From contig CAWFFU010000012.1 in assembly GCA_963815215.1 (NCBI GenBank), positions 34,177 through 98,176 on the forward strand: 64,000 nt of DNA. The letters run 5' to 3'. How positions within the stretch are numbered: the first letter of the stretch is position 1; the number at the start of each line of letters is the position of its first letter. This DNA comes from an uncultured Trueperaceae bacterium. Lineage in GTDB: Bacteria > Deinococcota > Deinococci > Deinococcales > Trueperaceae. Position numbers and translations under genes: made by a program. Shown one piece after another: positions 15,681 through 25,430 of this stretch. The notes below the pieces were generated by a model. It did no database searches, had not been told where the DNA came from, and saw only the letters and a program-made list of their open reading frames with translations.

Positions 15681-17118
15681 CGGCGGCCGGTAGCCCCAGC
15701 CGCTCGCGCAGCAGCCGGCGGACAGCGTCGGGCCGGGCCGCGCCGCGGCTCTCCTTCATCACCCGCCCCAGCAGCGCATTGATCGCCTTGGGGTGCTCGC
15801 GTGCGCTGGCGACCACCTCCGGATGGGCGTCCATGACGCGCTCCACCAGCTCGGCCAGGGCCCGCTCGTCGGTGATCTGCGTCAGGCCCCGGCGCGCGAC
15901 CACGGTATCGGGGTCCTCGCCGTCGAGCACGTCGGGGAGGATCTCCTTGGCGATCTTGCCGGAGATGGCGCCCTCGTCGATCCGGCCCACCATCGCTGCC
16001 AACGCGTCGGGGCGGAGCGCCACCTCTGAGAGCGTTCGCCCGCGCTCGTTCAGCAGCCCCGCCACGTCGCCGATGAGCCAGTTGGCGATACGTTGGCACG
16101 CCCCCTGCGTGGTCCCCCGGTAGGCGCCGGTCGCGGCGTCGAAGAAGGCGGCGGTGGCCACGTCGAAGGCGATGAGCTCGGCGTCCTCGGCGCGCAGGCC
16201 GAGCGCGAGGTAGCGTTCGCGCTTGGCCTGCGGCAGCTCCGGCATGGCCGCCCGGATGGCGTCGAGCCAGGCCTCCTCGAGAACCAGGGGAGGCAGGTCG
16301 GGCTCGGGCATGTAGCGGTAGTCGGCCGAGGCTTCCTTGCTCCTCAGCAGGTACGTCTTCTGGCCGCCCTCGTTCCAGCCGCGTGTCTCCTGGGTCACGG
16401 CGCGCCCCTCCTCGAGCAGCCGCGCCTGGCGCCGGATCTCGAACTCCAGCGCGGAGGCCACGCTCTTGAAGGAGTTGAGGTTCTTGACCTCGACCTTGGT
16501 CCCCAGGCTGCCGTCGGGCGCACGCAGCGACACGTTGACGTCGGCGCGCATCTTGCCCTGCTCCGGGCTGGCGTCGGAGACGCCGAGCGCGCGGGCCACG
16601 GCCTGCACGTGGGTCAGGAAGGCGCGGGCTTCCTCGGGCGTGCGCAGGTCGGGCTCGGTCACCATCTCGATCAGCGGAGCCCCGGCCCGGTTGAGGTCGA
16701 CCAGGCTGTATTCGGCGTAGGCGGGATGGACCAGGCGCCCGGCGTCCTCCTCGACGTGGCAACGGGTGATGCCGATGCGTCGGCCGCCCTCCAACTCCAC
16801 CCAGCCGTGCTCGCCGACGGGCCGGTCGAACTGGCTGATCTGGTAGTTCTTGGGGGCGTCCGGGTAGAAGTAGTGCTTGCGATGGAACTGCGTGATCTCG
16901 GGGATCTGGCAGTTCAGCGCCAGGCTGAAGCGTACCGCCTTCTCGATGGCCGTCTCGTTGGTGACCGGGAGACTGCCGGGCAGGCCCAGGCACACCGGGC
17001 AGGTGTTGACGTTGGGCTCCAGCCCGAAGCTCTCGGCCGAGCAGCCGCAGAACATCTTGCTCCTCGTGCGGAGGGCGAGGTGGATCTCCAGGCCGATGAC
17101 GGGCACGGGCGCGGGCAC
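15676..17118 (-). CDS. gatB: Asp-tRNA(Asn)/Glu-tRNA(Gln) amidotransferase subunit B
   Basis: VIGLEIHLAL...KMFCGC, CPVCLGLPGSLP and a C-terminal YqeY/GatB domain. GTG start. Confidence 0.95.
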   Translation of the reverse strand: MPAPVPVIGLEIHLALRTRSKMFCGCSAESFGLEPNVNTCPVCLGLPGSLPVTNETAIEKAVRFSLALNCQIPEITQFHRKHYFYPDAPKNYQISQFDRPVGEHGWVELEGGRRIGITRCHVEEDAGRLVHPAYAEYSLVDLNRAGAPLIEMVTEPDLRTPEEARAFLTHVQAVARALGVSDASPEQGKMRADVNVSLRAPDGSLGTKVEVKNLNSFKSVASALEFEIRRQARLLEEGRAVTQETRGWNEGGQKTYLLRSKEASADYRYMPEPDLPPLVLEEAWLDAIRAAMPELPQAKRERYLALGLRAEDAELIAFDVATAAFFDAATGAYRGTTQGACQRIANWLIGDVAGLLNERGRTLSEVALRPDALAAMVGRIDEGAISGKIAKEILPDVLDGEDPDTVVARRGLTQITDERALAELVERVMDAHPEVVASAREHPKAINALLGRVMKESRGAARPDAVRRLLRERLGLPAAD

Positions 17119-17178
17119 GGGCGCAGTCTACCAGGGCCGGCGGGGGCGCCTGAGAATCGAACGCGCCGTGCCCTGCGG

Positions 17179-17184
17179 TACAAT
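17179..17184 (+). promoter_or_regulatory. -10 TACAAT, leaderless-type, for the bifunctional nuclease gene
   Basis: TACAAT, then 5 nt, then ATG (17190). Confidence 0.5.
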
Positions 17185-17189
17185 GGCGC

Positions 17190-17621
17190 ATGATCGAGGT
17201 CGAGCTCGAGGACATCGCGGTGTCGGGCGACGAGAACCAGTTCCTCGTACTGCTCCGCCGCAAGGACGGCCACGACCTCCTCCCTATCCAGATCGACGCC
17301 ATGCAGGCCATCTCCATCGCCAGCGGCCGCGGCAGTGAGCGCTTCGAGCGGCCGCTCACCCACGACCTGATGGTCTCGGTGTTGGAGATGCTGGGGGCCA
17401 CGGTCACCCGGGTGGAGATCACGGATCTGGTCGAGGGGACGTACTACGCCATGCTGATCCTGGAACGCTCGGGCGTGCGTTTCGAAGTGGACGCCCGGCC
17501 CAGCGACGCGCTGGCGCTGTCCGTCCGGGTGAAGGCCCCCGTCTTCATCGCCGAGCACGTGCTCGATCAGGGCGCGTTGCAGGACGATGACTACGACGGC
17601 AACGGCGGCGCCGAGGCGTAG
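17190..17621 (+). CDS. bifunctional nuclease family protein (DUF151/BFN)
   Basis: 143 aa. ...LLPIQIDAMQAISIA...RPLTHDLM...ARPSDALALSVR... matches the DUF151 pattern (from memory). Confidence 0.75.
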   Translation: MIEVELEDIAVSGDENQFLVLLRRKDGHDLLPIQIDAMQAISIASGRGSERFERPLTHDLMVSVLEMLGATVTRVEITDLVEGTYYAMLILERSGVRFEVDARPSDALALSVRVKAPVFIAEHVLDQGALQDDDYDGNGGAEA

Positions 17622-17697
17622 GCCCCACCGTCGCCGCGATCGAACGGCCAACGCCGAAGGGGTCGAGGTGGATCGCCGTTCCCGGCGTCAGCGTGGC

Positions 17698-18885
17698 TCA
17701 GGCCTCGGGCAGCGTCGCGAGCGCCGCCCGCAACGCGTCGTCGACCGCCTCCACGCGGGGGCCGGCGCCCTGCACGCGCTCCGGGCGTCCGCCCCCGCGC
17801 CCGCCGAGCTCGGCCAGGGCGGCCTGGAGCGCCGGACGTAGGTCCAGCTCCACGCCGGGTCCTCGGACGAACGCCAGGCGCGCGCGCTCGCCGGCACGGG
17901 AGGCCAGCAGCGCGACGATGTCCTCGCGCTGGGCCAGCGCGTCGAGCGCGGGCTCGAGCAGCGCATCCTCGACCTCGGCGCGCACCACCCGGATCCCGCC
18001 ACGGCGCTCGGCTCGCTCGACCAGGCGCGCGGCCAGGTCGTCGGCGCGCGCCTCGCGCGTCGACGCCAGCTCCGCGCGGGCCTCGGCGAGCTCCTGCCGG
18101 AGCCGCGCGATGCGCGTCGGCAACTCGTCGACCGGGGTGCTGAAGCGCTGCACCAGATCGCTCGCCAGCGCGTGCTTGACGCCGGAGTCCTCGAACGCTT
18201 CCCAGCCTGCCCGGAAGGTGACGCGGCGCAGGCCGCCGCGCACGCGCTCGGAGCCCAGCAGCTTGATGGGCAGGGCCTCGGCGGTGGTGGCCAGGTGGGT
18301 TCCGCCGCAGGCGGCGATCTCCACGTCGCCCATGGCGACGAGCCGGATGCGGCCGTGCACCTTGGGAGGGCGCCGCAGCGGGTAGTCGGCGAGCTCATCC
18401 TCGTCGACCTCGAAGCTCACGATCGGCTGGTTGGCGTAGCCGAAGGTGTTGGCGAGCCCCTCGGCGCTCAACAGGTCGTCGTCGGCGGGGTCGCCGGCCA
18501 GGTCGAGGGTGCACTCCGGCCCTCGCAGGCTCACGCTGCGCGTCTCGAAGGCGCGTGAGACCCGCACGAAGGCCTGGGACAGCAGGTGCTGCGCGCTGTG
18601 GCGCTGCATGTGGCGGTAGCGGCGCTCCCAGTCGAGGACGCCCTCGACCTCCTCACCGGGTCGCGGCGCGGGGCCTTCGAGCCGGTGCCAGACTTCGTGG
18701 CCCCGCTTCGTCACGTCGACGACGGGCACGCCGCCGAGCCGGCCGGTGTCGTGGGGCTGGCCGCCGGAGGTGGGGTAGAAGGCGCTCGTCTCGAGCGTGA
18801 CCCAGGCGCCGGCGCCCACGTCCTCCACCTCGCGCACGCGGCTGCGGAAGCGGCGCAGGTAGCTGTCGCGTTGCTCGAGGCGCAT
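17698..18885 (-). CDS. alaX: alanyl-tRNA editing protein (AlaX-L type)
   Basis: Zinc and editing motifs HMQRHSAQHLL and IAACGGTH, plus a C-terminal DHHA1-like region. The start is set at MRLEQRDSYL by the leaderless -10. Confidence 0.8.
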   Translation of the reverse strand: MRLEQRDSYLRRFRSRVREVEDVGAGAWVTLETSAFYPTSGGQPHDTGRLGGVPVVDVTKRGHEVWHRLEGPAPRPGEEVEGVLDWERRYRHMQRHSAQHLLSQAFVRVSRAFETRSVSLRGPECTLDLAGDPADDDLLSAEGLANTFGYANQPIVSFEVDEDELADYPLRRPPKVHGRIRLVAMGDVEIAACGGTHLATTAEALPIKLLGSERVRGGLRRVTFRAGWEAFEDSGVKHALASDLVQRFSTPVDELPTRIARLRQELAEARAELASTREARADDLAARLVERAERRGGIRVVRAEVEDALLEPALDALAQREDIVALLASRAGERARLAFVRGPGVELDLRPALQAALAELGGRGGGRPERVQGAGPRVEAVDDALRAALATLPEA

Positions 18886-18891
18886 TCGAGA

Positions 18892-18897
18892 AGTGTA
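18892..18897 (-). promoter_or_regulatory. -10 TACACT, leaderless-type, for alaX
   Basis: The minus strand reads TACACT, then 6 nt, then ATG (18885). Confidence 0.45.
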
Positions 18898-19095
18898 GCT
18901 CGAGCCCCGGCGGCAGCTCTCGCCCGAACCGTCGGTTGCGATACGGTCACGCATCCGAGCCCGCTCCTAGGATTGCCGCAGGCGGCGTGGCCGCGGCCCG
19001 TGTCGGGACACGGCCACGCTCCGGAAGGAAGAGGCCATGGGTCGGTCGTCCGAACCGAAGGTCGCGGCGGCGCGGGAGCCCGCCTCCGCTGCGGC

Positions 19096-19101
19096 TACAA
19101 T
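19096..19101 (+). promoter_or_regulatory. -10 TACAAT upstream of folE
   Basis: Consensus-like hexamer about 100 nt before the GGAGG/GTG start at 19202. Confidence 0.35.
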
Positions 19102-19201
19102 GGAAGCTGCGCTCCAACCTGCGGCGCCCGAGCGGGCCGCCATCGAGCGGGCCGCTGCCGGGCCGGACGAACGCCAGCCGGTCGCAGCCACGGAGGTCAA
19201 C

Positions 19202-19807
19202 GTGCGGAGCTCCTCCCACCTCATCGATCCCGCCGAGCCCGAGTTCGACGAGGTCGGCGAGACCCAGCTCGACCACCTCGTCGCCGAGTTGCTCACCTCG
19301 CTCGGGGAGGACGTCACCCGTGAGGGGATGCTCCGCACCCCGCAGCGCGTCGAGCGCTCGCTGCGCTTCCTGATGAGCGGTTACGAGGCGTCGGTGGATC
19401 GGGTCATCAACGACGCGCTGTTCCGCGCCGAGGCCTCCGACATGGTGGTGGTGAAGGACATCGAGTTCTACTCGTTGTGCGAGCACCACATGCTGCCGTT
19501 CTTCGGCAAGGCGCACATCGCCTACATCCCAGCCAAGAGCATCCTGGGCCTGAGCAAGTTCGCTCGCGTGGTCGACGTCTTCGCGCGGCGCATGCAGGTG
19601 CAGGAGCGCATGACCTCGCAGATCGCCGACGCCCTGGTGGAGGTGCTCGAGCCCGAGGGCCTGGCGGTGGTCACCGAGGCCAGCCACCTGTGCATGATGA
19701 TGCGCGGGGTCGAGAAGCAGGGTTCCACTACCCGCATCGCCAGCATGCGCGGCGTGTTCAAGACCGACGCGCGCACCCGCCAGGAGTTCCTCGACGCCAT
19801 CGGCTGA
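19202..19807 (+). CDS. folE: GTP cyclohydrolase I
   Basis: ...GMLRTPQRV..., [22 protein letters not shown] and HLCMMMRGV. The preferred start is GTG at 19202, 5 nt after GGAGG, giving 201 aa. In-frame ATGs at 19037 and 19100 would add an Ala/Pro-rich extension. Confidence 0.85.
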   Translation: MRSSSHLIDPAEPEFDEVGETQLDHLVAELLTSLGEDVTREGMLRTPQRVERSLRFLMSGYEASVDRVINDALFRAEASDMVVVKDIEFYSLCEHHMLPFFGKAHIAYIPAKSILGLSKFARVVDVFARRMQVQERMTSQIADALVEVLEPEGLAVVTEASHLCMMMRGVEKQGSTTRIASMRGVFKTDARTRQEFLDAIG

Positions 19808-19822
19808 GGCCCGGGTCGCGCC

Positions 19823-20593
19823 TCAGAGCACGTGGCTCTCGAGCCAGCTGGCGACGCCGCCCTCTTCGGGAGAGCCGATGTGCTCCGCCGCGGCGGCCAC
19901 CAGGTCGGGATGGGCGTCGCCCACCGCCACGCCATGGCCCGCCCAGGTGACCATGGTGAAGTCGTTCATGCCGTCGCCGAAGGCGACCACGTCGCTCCGC
20001 TCGACGCCCGCGCGCTCGGCGATGAGGGCGAGCGCCGAGCCCTTGTCCGCGTGGGCGGGGAGGACCTCGAGGAAGCCGTCGCCCCACAGGTAGCGCAACA
20101 TGTCCGGGTGGCGCGTCGCCACCTCGCGATCGACCTCGCCGCTGCGTTCCTTCGAGTAGAACACCAGCTTGTCGGCGTTGAGCTCCATGCCGGTCCGGAA
20201 GCGGTCGACGCGGCGACTGCGGGTGTGGGCCCAGCCCCAGCGGTCGTCGTCGGGGTCCCGCACCCAGAGCACGTCGTCGACGATGCAGCTGAACTCGACC
20301 ATGTCGTCGGTGAGATAGCCGCCGAGCAGACCGTCGACGTGTTCGCTCGCGATGCGGCGCCGCCGCAACTCACGGCCGCCTTCGCCCATCACGTGGCCGC
20401 CGTGGTTGACGCTGAAGGGGCCGGTGATGCCCAGCTGATCGAGGTAGGGCTTGGCGGCGGCGAGGGGACGGCCGGTCAGCACCGTTACCAGGTGGCCGCG
20501 CTCGCGACTGCCGCGCACCGCCCGTTCGATCGTATCGGGCAGGATGAAGTCGTCGGTGACGAGGGTCTTGTCGAGGTCGAAGGCGAGCAGCAC
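19823..20593 (-). CDS. HAD-superfamily Cof-type phosphatase
   Basis: N-terminal LLAFDLDKTL (DxD motif) and C-terminal VVAFGDGMNDFTM. GTG start. Confidence 0.8.
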   Translation of the reverse strand: MLLAFDLDKTLVTDDFILPDTIERAVRGSRERGHLVTVLTGRPLAAAKPYLDQLGITGPFSVNHGGHVMGEGGRELRRRRIASEHVDGLLGGYLTDDMVEFSCIVDDVLWVRDPDDDRWGWAHTRSRRVDRFRTGMELNADKLVFYSKERSGEVDREVATRHPDMLRYLWGDGFLEVLPAHADKGSALALIAERAGVERSDVVAFGDGMNDFTMVTWAGHGVAVGDAHPDLVAAAAEHIGSPEEGGVASWLESHVL

Positions 20594-20636
20594 GATGTGA
20601 GCTTACCTCACCATCCGGCGGGCCCGCGTCGCCGGC

Positions 20637-21896
20637 TCAAGGTGCCTGTGGCGCCTGCCAGGGCGAGGCGTCCAACAGGAAACTCTGCAGCTCGCCGTTG
20701 TCCTCTCCGGCGTAGAGCGCGAGCTTCGCGCCGCGCCAGCGCGCCGCCAGGTTGCTGCTGAGCGGAGCGTCGAGCTTCAGCATCGCGACGGCCGTGCACC
20801 CGGCATCGTCGCACGCCACCAGACGCACGTTCCGCAGGTCGAGTGTGGGCAGGGCGAGCACGTCGACCTTGGCGCCGGCGGGCGGGGGGAGGAGCAGCGC
20901 CAGGTCCAGGTTGCGTGAGCCGATCTGGTGGTTGGTCACGTCGAGCGCGAAGCGCGACGTCTGCAAGTGCGCGCCCGCCTTCCGGAGGCGCTCCAGCGGT
21001 CCGCCGAGGTGGGGCGTCCGAACGGCGTAGGCGTGGTCGCCCGTGGCGGCGAAGAGGTTCAGCCAGCGTTCGCCCGCACCGATCGGCGGGGCGCTCGCCA
21101 CCGGAACCAGCGCGTCCCCCCGCAGGGCGATCGCCTCCACCCCCGCACCCTCATCGGGCGTCGAGCGCGTGATCAACATGCCGTATGCGCCCGCGGCCGC
21201 GAACGGTTGGACGCGGCGCTGCTCGATGACGGCGGGAGCCGCCACCGTCAACGTCGCGATGGGGGAGAGGTCGTCCCGGCGCAACAACGTCACCGCGGCC
21301 GCCTCGATCTCGTCGCCGAGCACGCCGTGGCGATAGCGCTGGGTAGGGTGCGAGAGCACGGCCACACCGTCTCCCAGCGGGATCGGATCGCCATCGGGGA
21401 GGGCATCCAGCGTGTGGCTGGCGATCGTCTTCAGGTCGGGGGAGAGCAACAGCACGGAGCGCGCGTCGGAGCTGAGCGCCACCACGCGGCCGCCGGGCAG
21501 GCAGGCCGGACGGCTGTGGGGGCTGACGGCGGGCCCCACCTCTGGCGGCGCCGCACCGAAGGCGCGCAGCCGGCCGTCGCCGTCGACGCCCAGGATCCGC
21601 CCGCCACACCACAGCAGGCTGTCGCCGCGCCCCGAACGGCCGACCACCGTGACGGCGCCGTCCGCGGCGTACCGCCGGACCTCGCCGTCTCCCTGCAAGG
21701 TGGCCGCGCCCTGCGCCGTCGGGGTCACCCAGAGAACGGCCGCGGCGTGGGCGCGCGGGCCGAACACGGCACCGAGCGCGCCGACGAGGAGCAGCGCGCT
21801 CATCAACACGCCCGCGGCTCGACCCGTTCGCGCGCGCCGGCGAGGGGACGCGTCGAGGTCGCCCGGAAGCGTCGGCGGAAGTCGTGTCGTGCGCAT
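20637..21896 (-). CDS. hypothetical secreted or membrane-anchored protein
   Basis: 419 aa counted from MRTTRL. N-terminal hydrophobic anchor VLMSALLLVGALGAVF. The body is beta-rich and Gly/Asp-rich with no motif I recognise. Start supported by the leaderless -10. Confidence 0.5.
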   Translation of the reverse strand: MRTTRLPPTLPGDLDASPRRRARTGRAAGVLMSALLLVGALGAVFGPRAHAAAVLWVTPTAQGAATLQGDGEVRRYAADGAVTVVGRSGRGDSLLWCGGRILGVDGDGRLRAFGAAPPEVGPAVSPHSRPACLPGGRVVALSSDARSVLLLSPDLKTIASHTLDALPDGDPIPLGDGVAVLSHPTQRYRHGVLGDEIEAAAVTLLRRDDLSPIATLTVAAPAVIEQRRVQPFAAAGAYGMLITRSTPDEGAGVEAIALRGDALVPVASAPPIGAGERWLNLFAATGDHAYAVRTPHLGGPLERLRKAGAHLQTSRFALDVTNHQIGSRNLDLALLLPPPAGAKVDVLALPTLDLRNVRLVACDDAGCTAVAMLKLDAPLSSNLAARWRGAKLALYAGEDNGELQSFLLDASPWQAPQAP

Positions 21897-21903
21897 CCTC
21901 TCG

Positions 21904-21912
21904 ACGGTAGCA
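21904..21912 (-). promoter_or_regulatory. extended -10 TGC-TACCGT, leaderless-type, for the 20637-21896 gene
   Basis: The minus strand reads TGCTACCGT, then 7 nt, then ATG (21896). Confidence 0.4.
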
Positions 21913-22024
21913 GGCGGCCGTGGCGGCGACCGCCTCGCGGCGAACCCGAGCGGGGCTGCTGGGGCGGTGCGGGATTCCAGTGTCGGGAACGGGAGGAATC
22001 GCGGGTGGGGTCGGCTGCGAGCGG

Positions 22025-22033
22025 TGATACAAT
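22025..22033 (+). promoter_or_regulatory. extended -10 TGATACAAT for sdhCDAB
   Basis: TGnTACAAT lies about 48 nt before the sdhC ATG. RBS GGGAGG at 22068-22073. Confidence 0.5.
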
Positions 22034-22080
22034 CCCGTGGACATGGTTGTGAGCGTCCGCTCGGCCCCGGGAGGTTATTC

Positions 22081-22443
22081 ATGTATCGAGGAAGAGAGGG
22101 TCAGTGGGCCTTCGTGCTCCACCGGATCACCGGTGTAGCCCTGGCGCTGTACCTGCTTCTGCACGTCTTCGATGTCGGCTTGGTGATGTACGGTCCCAAG
22201 GGTCCGTTCAACGTGTTCCTGGCGTTCTATCACCAGTGGCCGTTCCGCATCGGCCTGATCCTGGTGATGGCGGCGGTGGTGTACCACGGCCTCAACGGGC
22301 TGCGCATCATCCTCATCGACTTCACCTCGTGGGGCATCCGCTATCAGCGCAGCCTGTGGTACGGGGTGCTGACCTTGACGACGGTGATCGGAATCCCCAT
22401 CCTGATCAAGGTCGTGCCGGAGATCCTGGCAGGGAAAGCCTGA
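22081..22443 (+). CDS. sdhC: succinate dehydrogenase cytochrome b subunit
   Basis: 120 aa with 3 TM helices (HRITGVALALYLLLH...). First gene of the sdh cluster. Confidence 0.8.
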   Translation: MYRGREGQWAFVLHRITGVALALYLLLHVFDVGLVMYGPKGPFNVFLAFYHQWPFRIGLILVMAAVVYHGLNGLRIILIDFTSWGIRYQRSLWYGVLTLTTVIGIPILIKVVPEILAGKA

Positions 22444-22871
22444 TGGCGGCCCGGCCCAAGACCCTCCAGCAAGCGCGCGCCACGTACAACACCAACCGTG
22501 AGCTGGCGTGGTGGGTGTTCATGCGGATCAGCGGGTTCCTGTTGATCTTCCTGGTGTTCGCGCACCTGTTCTTCAACAACATCCAGATCAACGTCGCGAC
22601 CGTCGATTACGCCTACGTGGCACAACGGCTGTCCAAGGCATGGGTGAAGGTCTACGAGTCCTTCCTGCTGGGGCTCGCCATGTTGCACGGCACCAACGGC
22701 TTGCGCTACAGCATCGAGGACTACTTCAAGCGTCCATCCACCCGGTTCTGGCTCAAGGCCGTGGTGTTCACCGTGGCGGGCGCGCTGTTCGTGATCGGCG
22801 TGATGGCGCTGTGGGCCTTCAGCTACCAGCAGATGGGCGACGCCATCAGCGCTGCGGGTCACGGCGGCTAG
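22443..22871 (+). CDS. sdhD: succinate dehydrogenase hydrophobic membrane anchor subunit
   Basis: 142 aa with 3 TM helices. Its ATG overlaps the sdhC TGA by 1 nt. Confidence 0.75.
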   Translation: MAARPKTLQQARATYNTNRELAWWVFMRISGFLLIFLVFAHLFFNNIQINVATVDYAYVAQRLSKAWVKVYESFLLGLAMLHGTNGLRYSIEDYFKRPSTRFWLKAVVFTVAGALFVIGVMALWAFSYQQMGDAISAAGHGG

Positions 22872-22888
22872 GAGGGCTGCACAACGGC

Positions 22889-24628
22889 ATGAAACGAGCT
22901 CATAGGTACGACGTGATCGTCGTGGGCGCCGGCGGAGCCGGGCTCATGGCGGCGCGCTACGCCGCCCAGAACCCCAACGTCTCCGTGGCGGTCATCTCCA
23001 AGCTGTATCCGACGCGGTCCCACACCGGAGCGGCGCAGGGCGGCGTGGGCGCCGCGCTGGGCAACATCAGCGACGACAGCCCCGAGTGGCACGCCTACGA
23101 CACGGTCAAGGGCGGGGATTACCTCACCGACCAGGACGTGGCAACGACCTTCGCCGAGGAAGTCATCGAGTCCGTCTACGAGATGGAGCACATGGGGCTG
23201 CCGTTCAGCCGCACGCCCGAGGGCAAGATCGCCCAGCGCAAGTTCGGCGGGCACACCCGGGAGCACGGTAAGTCGGCGGTCGAGCGCGCCTGCTACGCCG
23301 CCGACCGTACCGGCCACATGATCCTGCAGACGCTCTACCAGCAGTCGATCAAGGACAACGTCACCTTCTTCAACGAGTTCCACGTGCTGGACGTCCTGCT
23401 GGAGGACGGCGAGGCGCGCGGGGTGGTGGCCTACGAGCTGGCGACCGGCGAGTTGCACACCTTCCATGCGAAGTCCACGGTGATCGCCACGGGCGGCTTC
23501 GGGCGCATGTTCCAGGTGACCTCCAACGCCCATGCCCTCACCGGCGACCTGACCAGCATCGTCTACCGCCGCGGCATCCCCATCGAGGACCCCGAGTTCT
23601 TCCAGTTCCACCCCACCGGCCTGTACCGCATCGGCGTGCTCCTCACCGAGGGCGCGCGCGGCGAGGGCGGGATCCTGCGCAACAGTGAAGGCGAGCGCTT
23701 CATGGAGCGCTACGCCCCCACCATCAAGGACCTGGCGCCGCGCGACATGGTGAGCCGCGCGATGTACCTGGAGGTACGCGAGGGTCGTGGCATGGGTCCC
23801 GACAAGGACCACCTCGTGCTCGACCTGACGCACATCGACGCGCACATCATCGAGGAGCGGCTCCCCGACATCACGGAGTTCGCGCGCATCTACCTGGGCG
23901 TCGATCCCATCAAGGAGCCGGTGCCGGTCAACCCCACGGCGCACTACGCCATGGGCGGCATCCCCACGACCATCGACACCAACGTGATCATCGACGGCGC
24001 CAACACCATCGTGCCCGGCCTCTACGCTGCCGGCGAGGTGGCCTGTGCCAGCCTGCACGGCGCCAATCGCCTGGGCACCAACTCGCTGGGCGACCTGCTG
24101 GTGTTCGGCCGGCGGGCGGGCATCAACGCCGCGGCGTACGCGGCCTCCAACGGCTTCTCGGACCTCCCCAAGGATCCCGAGGAGCGTGCGCGGGCGCAGC
24201 TCGATACGGCGCGCGCCGGGTCCGGCAAGGAGAAGGCCGGCCTGCTGCGCAAGGAGTTGCAACGCAGCATGATGGAACAGGCATCGGTGTTCCGCACCGC
24301 CGAGTCGCTGCAGGCGCAGGTCGACAAGGTCGCGGAGCTCAAGCAGCGCTACCGTGAGGTCGGCGTCGAGGATACCGGCAAGCAGTTCAACACCGAGCTG
24401 ATGGAGGTGCTGGAGCTCGGCTTCCTGCTCGACAACGCCGAACAGCTCACCAACGCGGCCCTGAACCGCACCGAGTCGCGCGGCGCCCACTCGCGTGAGG
24501 ACTTCAAGGAGCGCGACGACGAGAACTGGCTCAAGCACACGCTGGTCTACAAGGACGGCGACGGCGTGCGCATCGACTACAAGCCCGTGACGCTCGGCAT
24601 CTACGAGCCGAAGCCCAGGGTGTACTAG
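22889..24628 (+). CDS. sdhA: succinate dehydrogenase flavoprotein subunit
   Basis: [15 protein letters not shown] motif, [10 protein letters not shown] (FAD-linked His) and HPTG...GEGG. The start is set at MKRAHRYDV. Confidence 0.95.
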   Translation: MKRAHRYDVIVVGAGGAGLMAARYAAQNPNVSVAVISKLYPTRSHTGAAQGGVGAALGNISDDSPEWHAYDTVKGGDYLTDQDVATTFAEEVIESVYEMEHMGLPFSRTPEGKIAQRKFGGHTREHGKSAVERACYAADRTGHMILQTLYQQSIKDNVTFFNEFHVLDVLLEDGEARGVVAYELATGELHTFHAKSTVIATGGFGRMFQVTSNAHALTGDLTSIVYRRGIPIEDPEFFQFHPTGLYRIGVLLTEGARGEGGILRNSEGERFMERYAPTIKDLAPRDMVSRAMYLEVREGRGMGPDKDHLVLDLTHIDAHIIEERLPDITEFARIYLGVDPIKEPVPVNPTAHYAMGGIPTTIDTNVIIDGANTIVPGLYAAGEVACASLHGANRLGTNSLGDLLVFGRRAGINAAAYAASNGFSDLPKDPEERARAQLDTARAGSGKEKAGLLRKELQRSMMEQASVFRTAESLQAQVDKVAELKQRYREVGVEDTGKQFNTELMEVLELGFLLDNAEQLTNAALNRTESRGAHSREDFKERDDENWLKHTLVYKDGDGVRIDYKPVTLGIYEPKPRVY

Positions 24629-24639
24629 GGGGCGCATGC

Positions 24640-25338
24640 ATGGACGTCACGTTCCGAATCAAACGCTTCGATCCCGAGAAGGACACCCGTCCCCACTGGC
24701 AGGAGTTCAAGATCCAGGCGGGGCCCATGGACCGCGTGCTCGACGTGCTCAACGAGCTCAAGTGGGGCCAGGACGGCAGCATCAGCTACCGCCGCAGCTG
24801 TGCGCACGGCATCTGCGGCTCCGACGCCATGGTGATCAACGGCGTGAACCGGCTGGCCTGCAAGGTGCTGGTGAAGGATCTCGGCGCCGAGATCGTGGTC
24901 GAGCCGCTGCGCGGCCTGCCCGTGCTCAAGGACCTGATCGTCGACATGGAGCCCTTCTTCGATGCCTACAAGGCGGTGCTCCCCTACTTCATCAACGACG
25001 ATCCCGCCCCCGTCGCCGAGCGCTACCAGAGCGTGGAGGACCGCGAGCGCTTCGACGCCACCACCAAGTGCATCCTATGCGCGGCCTGCACCACGAGCTG
25101 CCCGGTGTTCTGGACCAACGGGCGCTACCTGGGGCCGGCGGCCATCGTCAACGCCCACCGCTTCATCTTCGACTCGCGCGACCAGGGCGCCGAACAGCGG
25201 CTGCAGACGCTCAATCAGGCGAACGGCCTGTGGCGCTGCCGGACCGCCTACAACTGCACCGAGGCGTGTCCGCGCGGGATCCCGATCACGCAGGCCATCG
25301 AAGAGGTCAAGCGCGAGGTGTTGTGGCGGCGCAACTGA
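24640..25338 (+). CDS. sdhB: succinate dehydrogenase iron-sulfur subunit
   Basis: Three Cys clusters: CAHGICGSDA, CILCAACTTSCP and CRTAYNCTEACP. Confidence 0.95.
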   Translation: MDVTFRIKRFDPEKDTRPHWQEFKIQAGPMDRVLDVLNELKWGQDGSISYRRSCAHGICGSDAMVINGVNRLACKVLVKDLGAEIVVEPLRGLPVLKDLIVDMEPFFDAYKAVLPYFINDDPAPVAERYQSVEDRERFDATTKCILCAACTTSCPVFWTNGRYLGPAAIVNAHRFIFDSRDQGAEQRLQTLNQANGLWRCRTAYNCTEACPRGIPITQAIEEVKREVLWRRN

Positions 25339-25430
25339 CGCCGCGCCGCGCCACCGACCACGCGGCCTGAGGGCCTGTCGGTAGGTCGATCGCGTAACGC
25401 CGTCGGCCGGCGGCACGGGAGGCTTGGTTC

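Noticed and set aside
17101-17124. 12-nt duplication gggcacgggcgc x2 at the 5' end of gatB
   Set aside because: There are only two copies, encoding PAPVPV at a poorly conserved N-terminus. That is not enough to call a feature, and the true gatB start (GTG at 17118 or 17106) is ambiguous anyway.
17150-17172. tRNA-like T-loop sequence (GTTCGATTC on the minus strand)
   Set aside because: The flanking bases cannot form a T-stem or the rest of a cloverleaf. I found no convincing tRNA anywhere in the window by eye.
19037-19201. Long N-terminal extension of FolE (ATG at 19037 or 19100)
   Set aside because: The extension is Ala/Pro/Glu-rich with no FolE homology. A TACAAT box lies inside it, and a GGAGG plus GTG at 19202 gives a normal-length 201-aa FolE. 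The extension is not excluded, only less likely.
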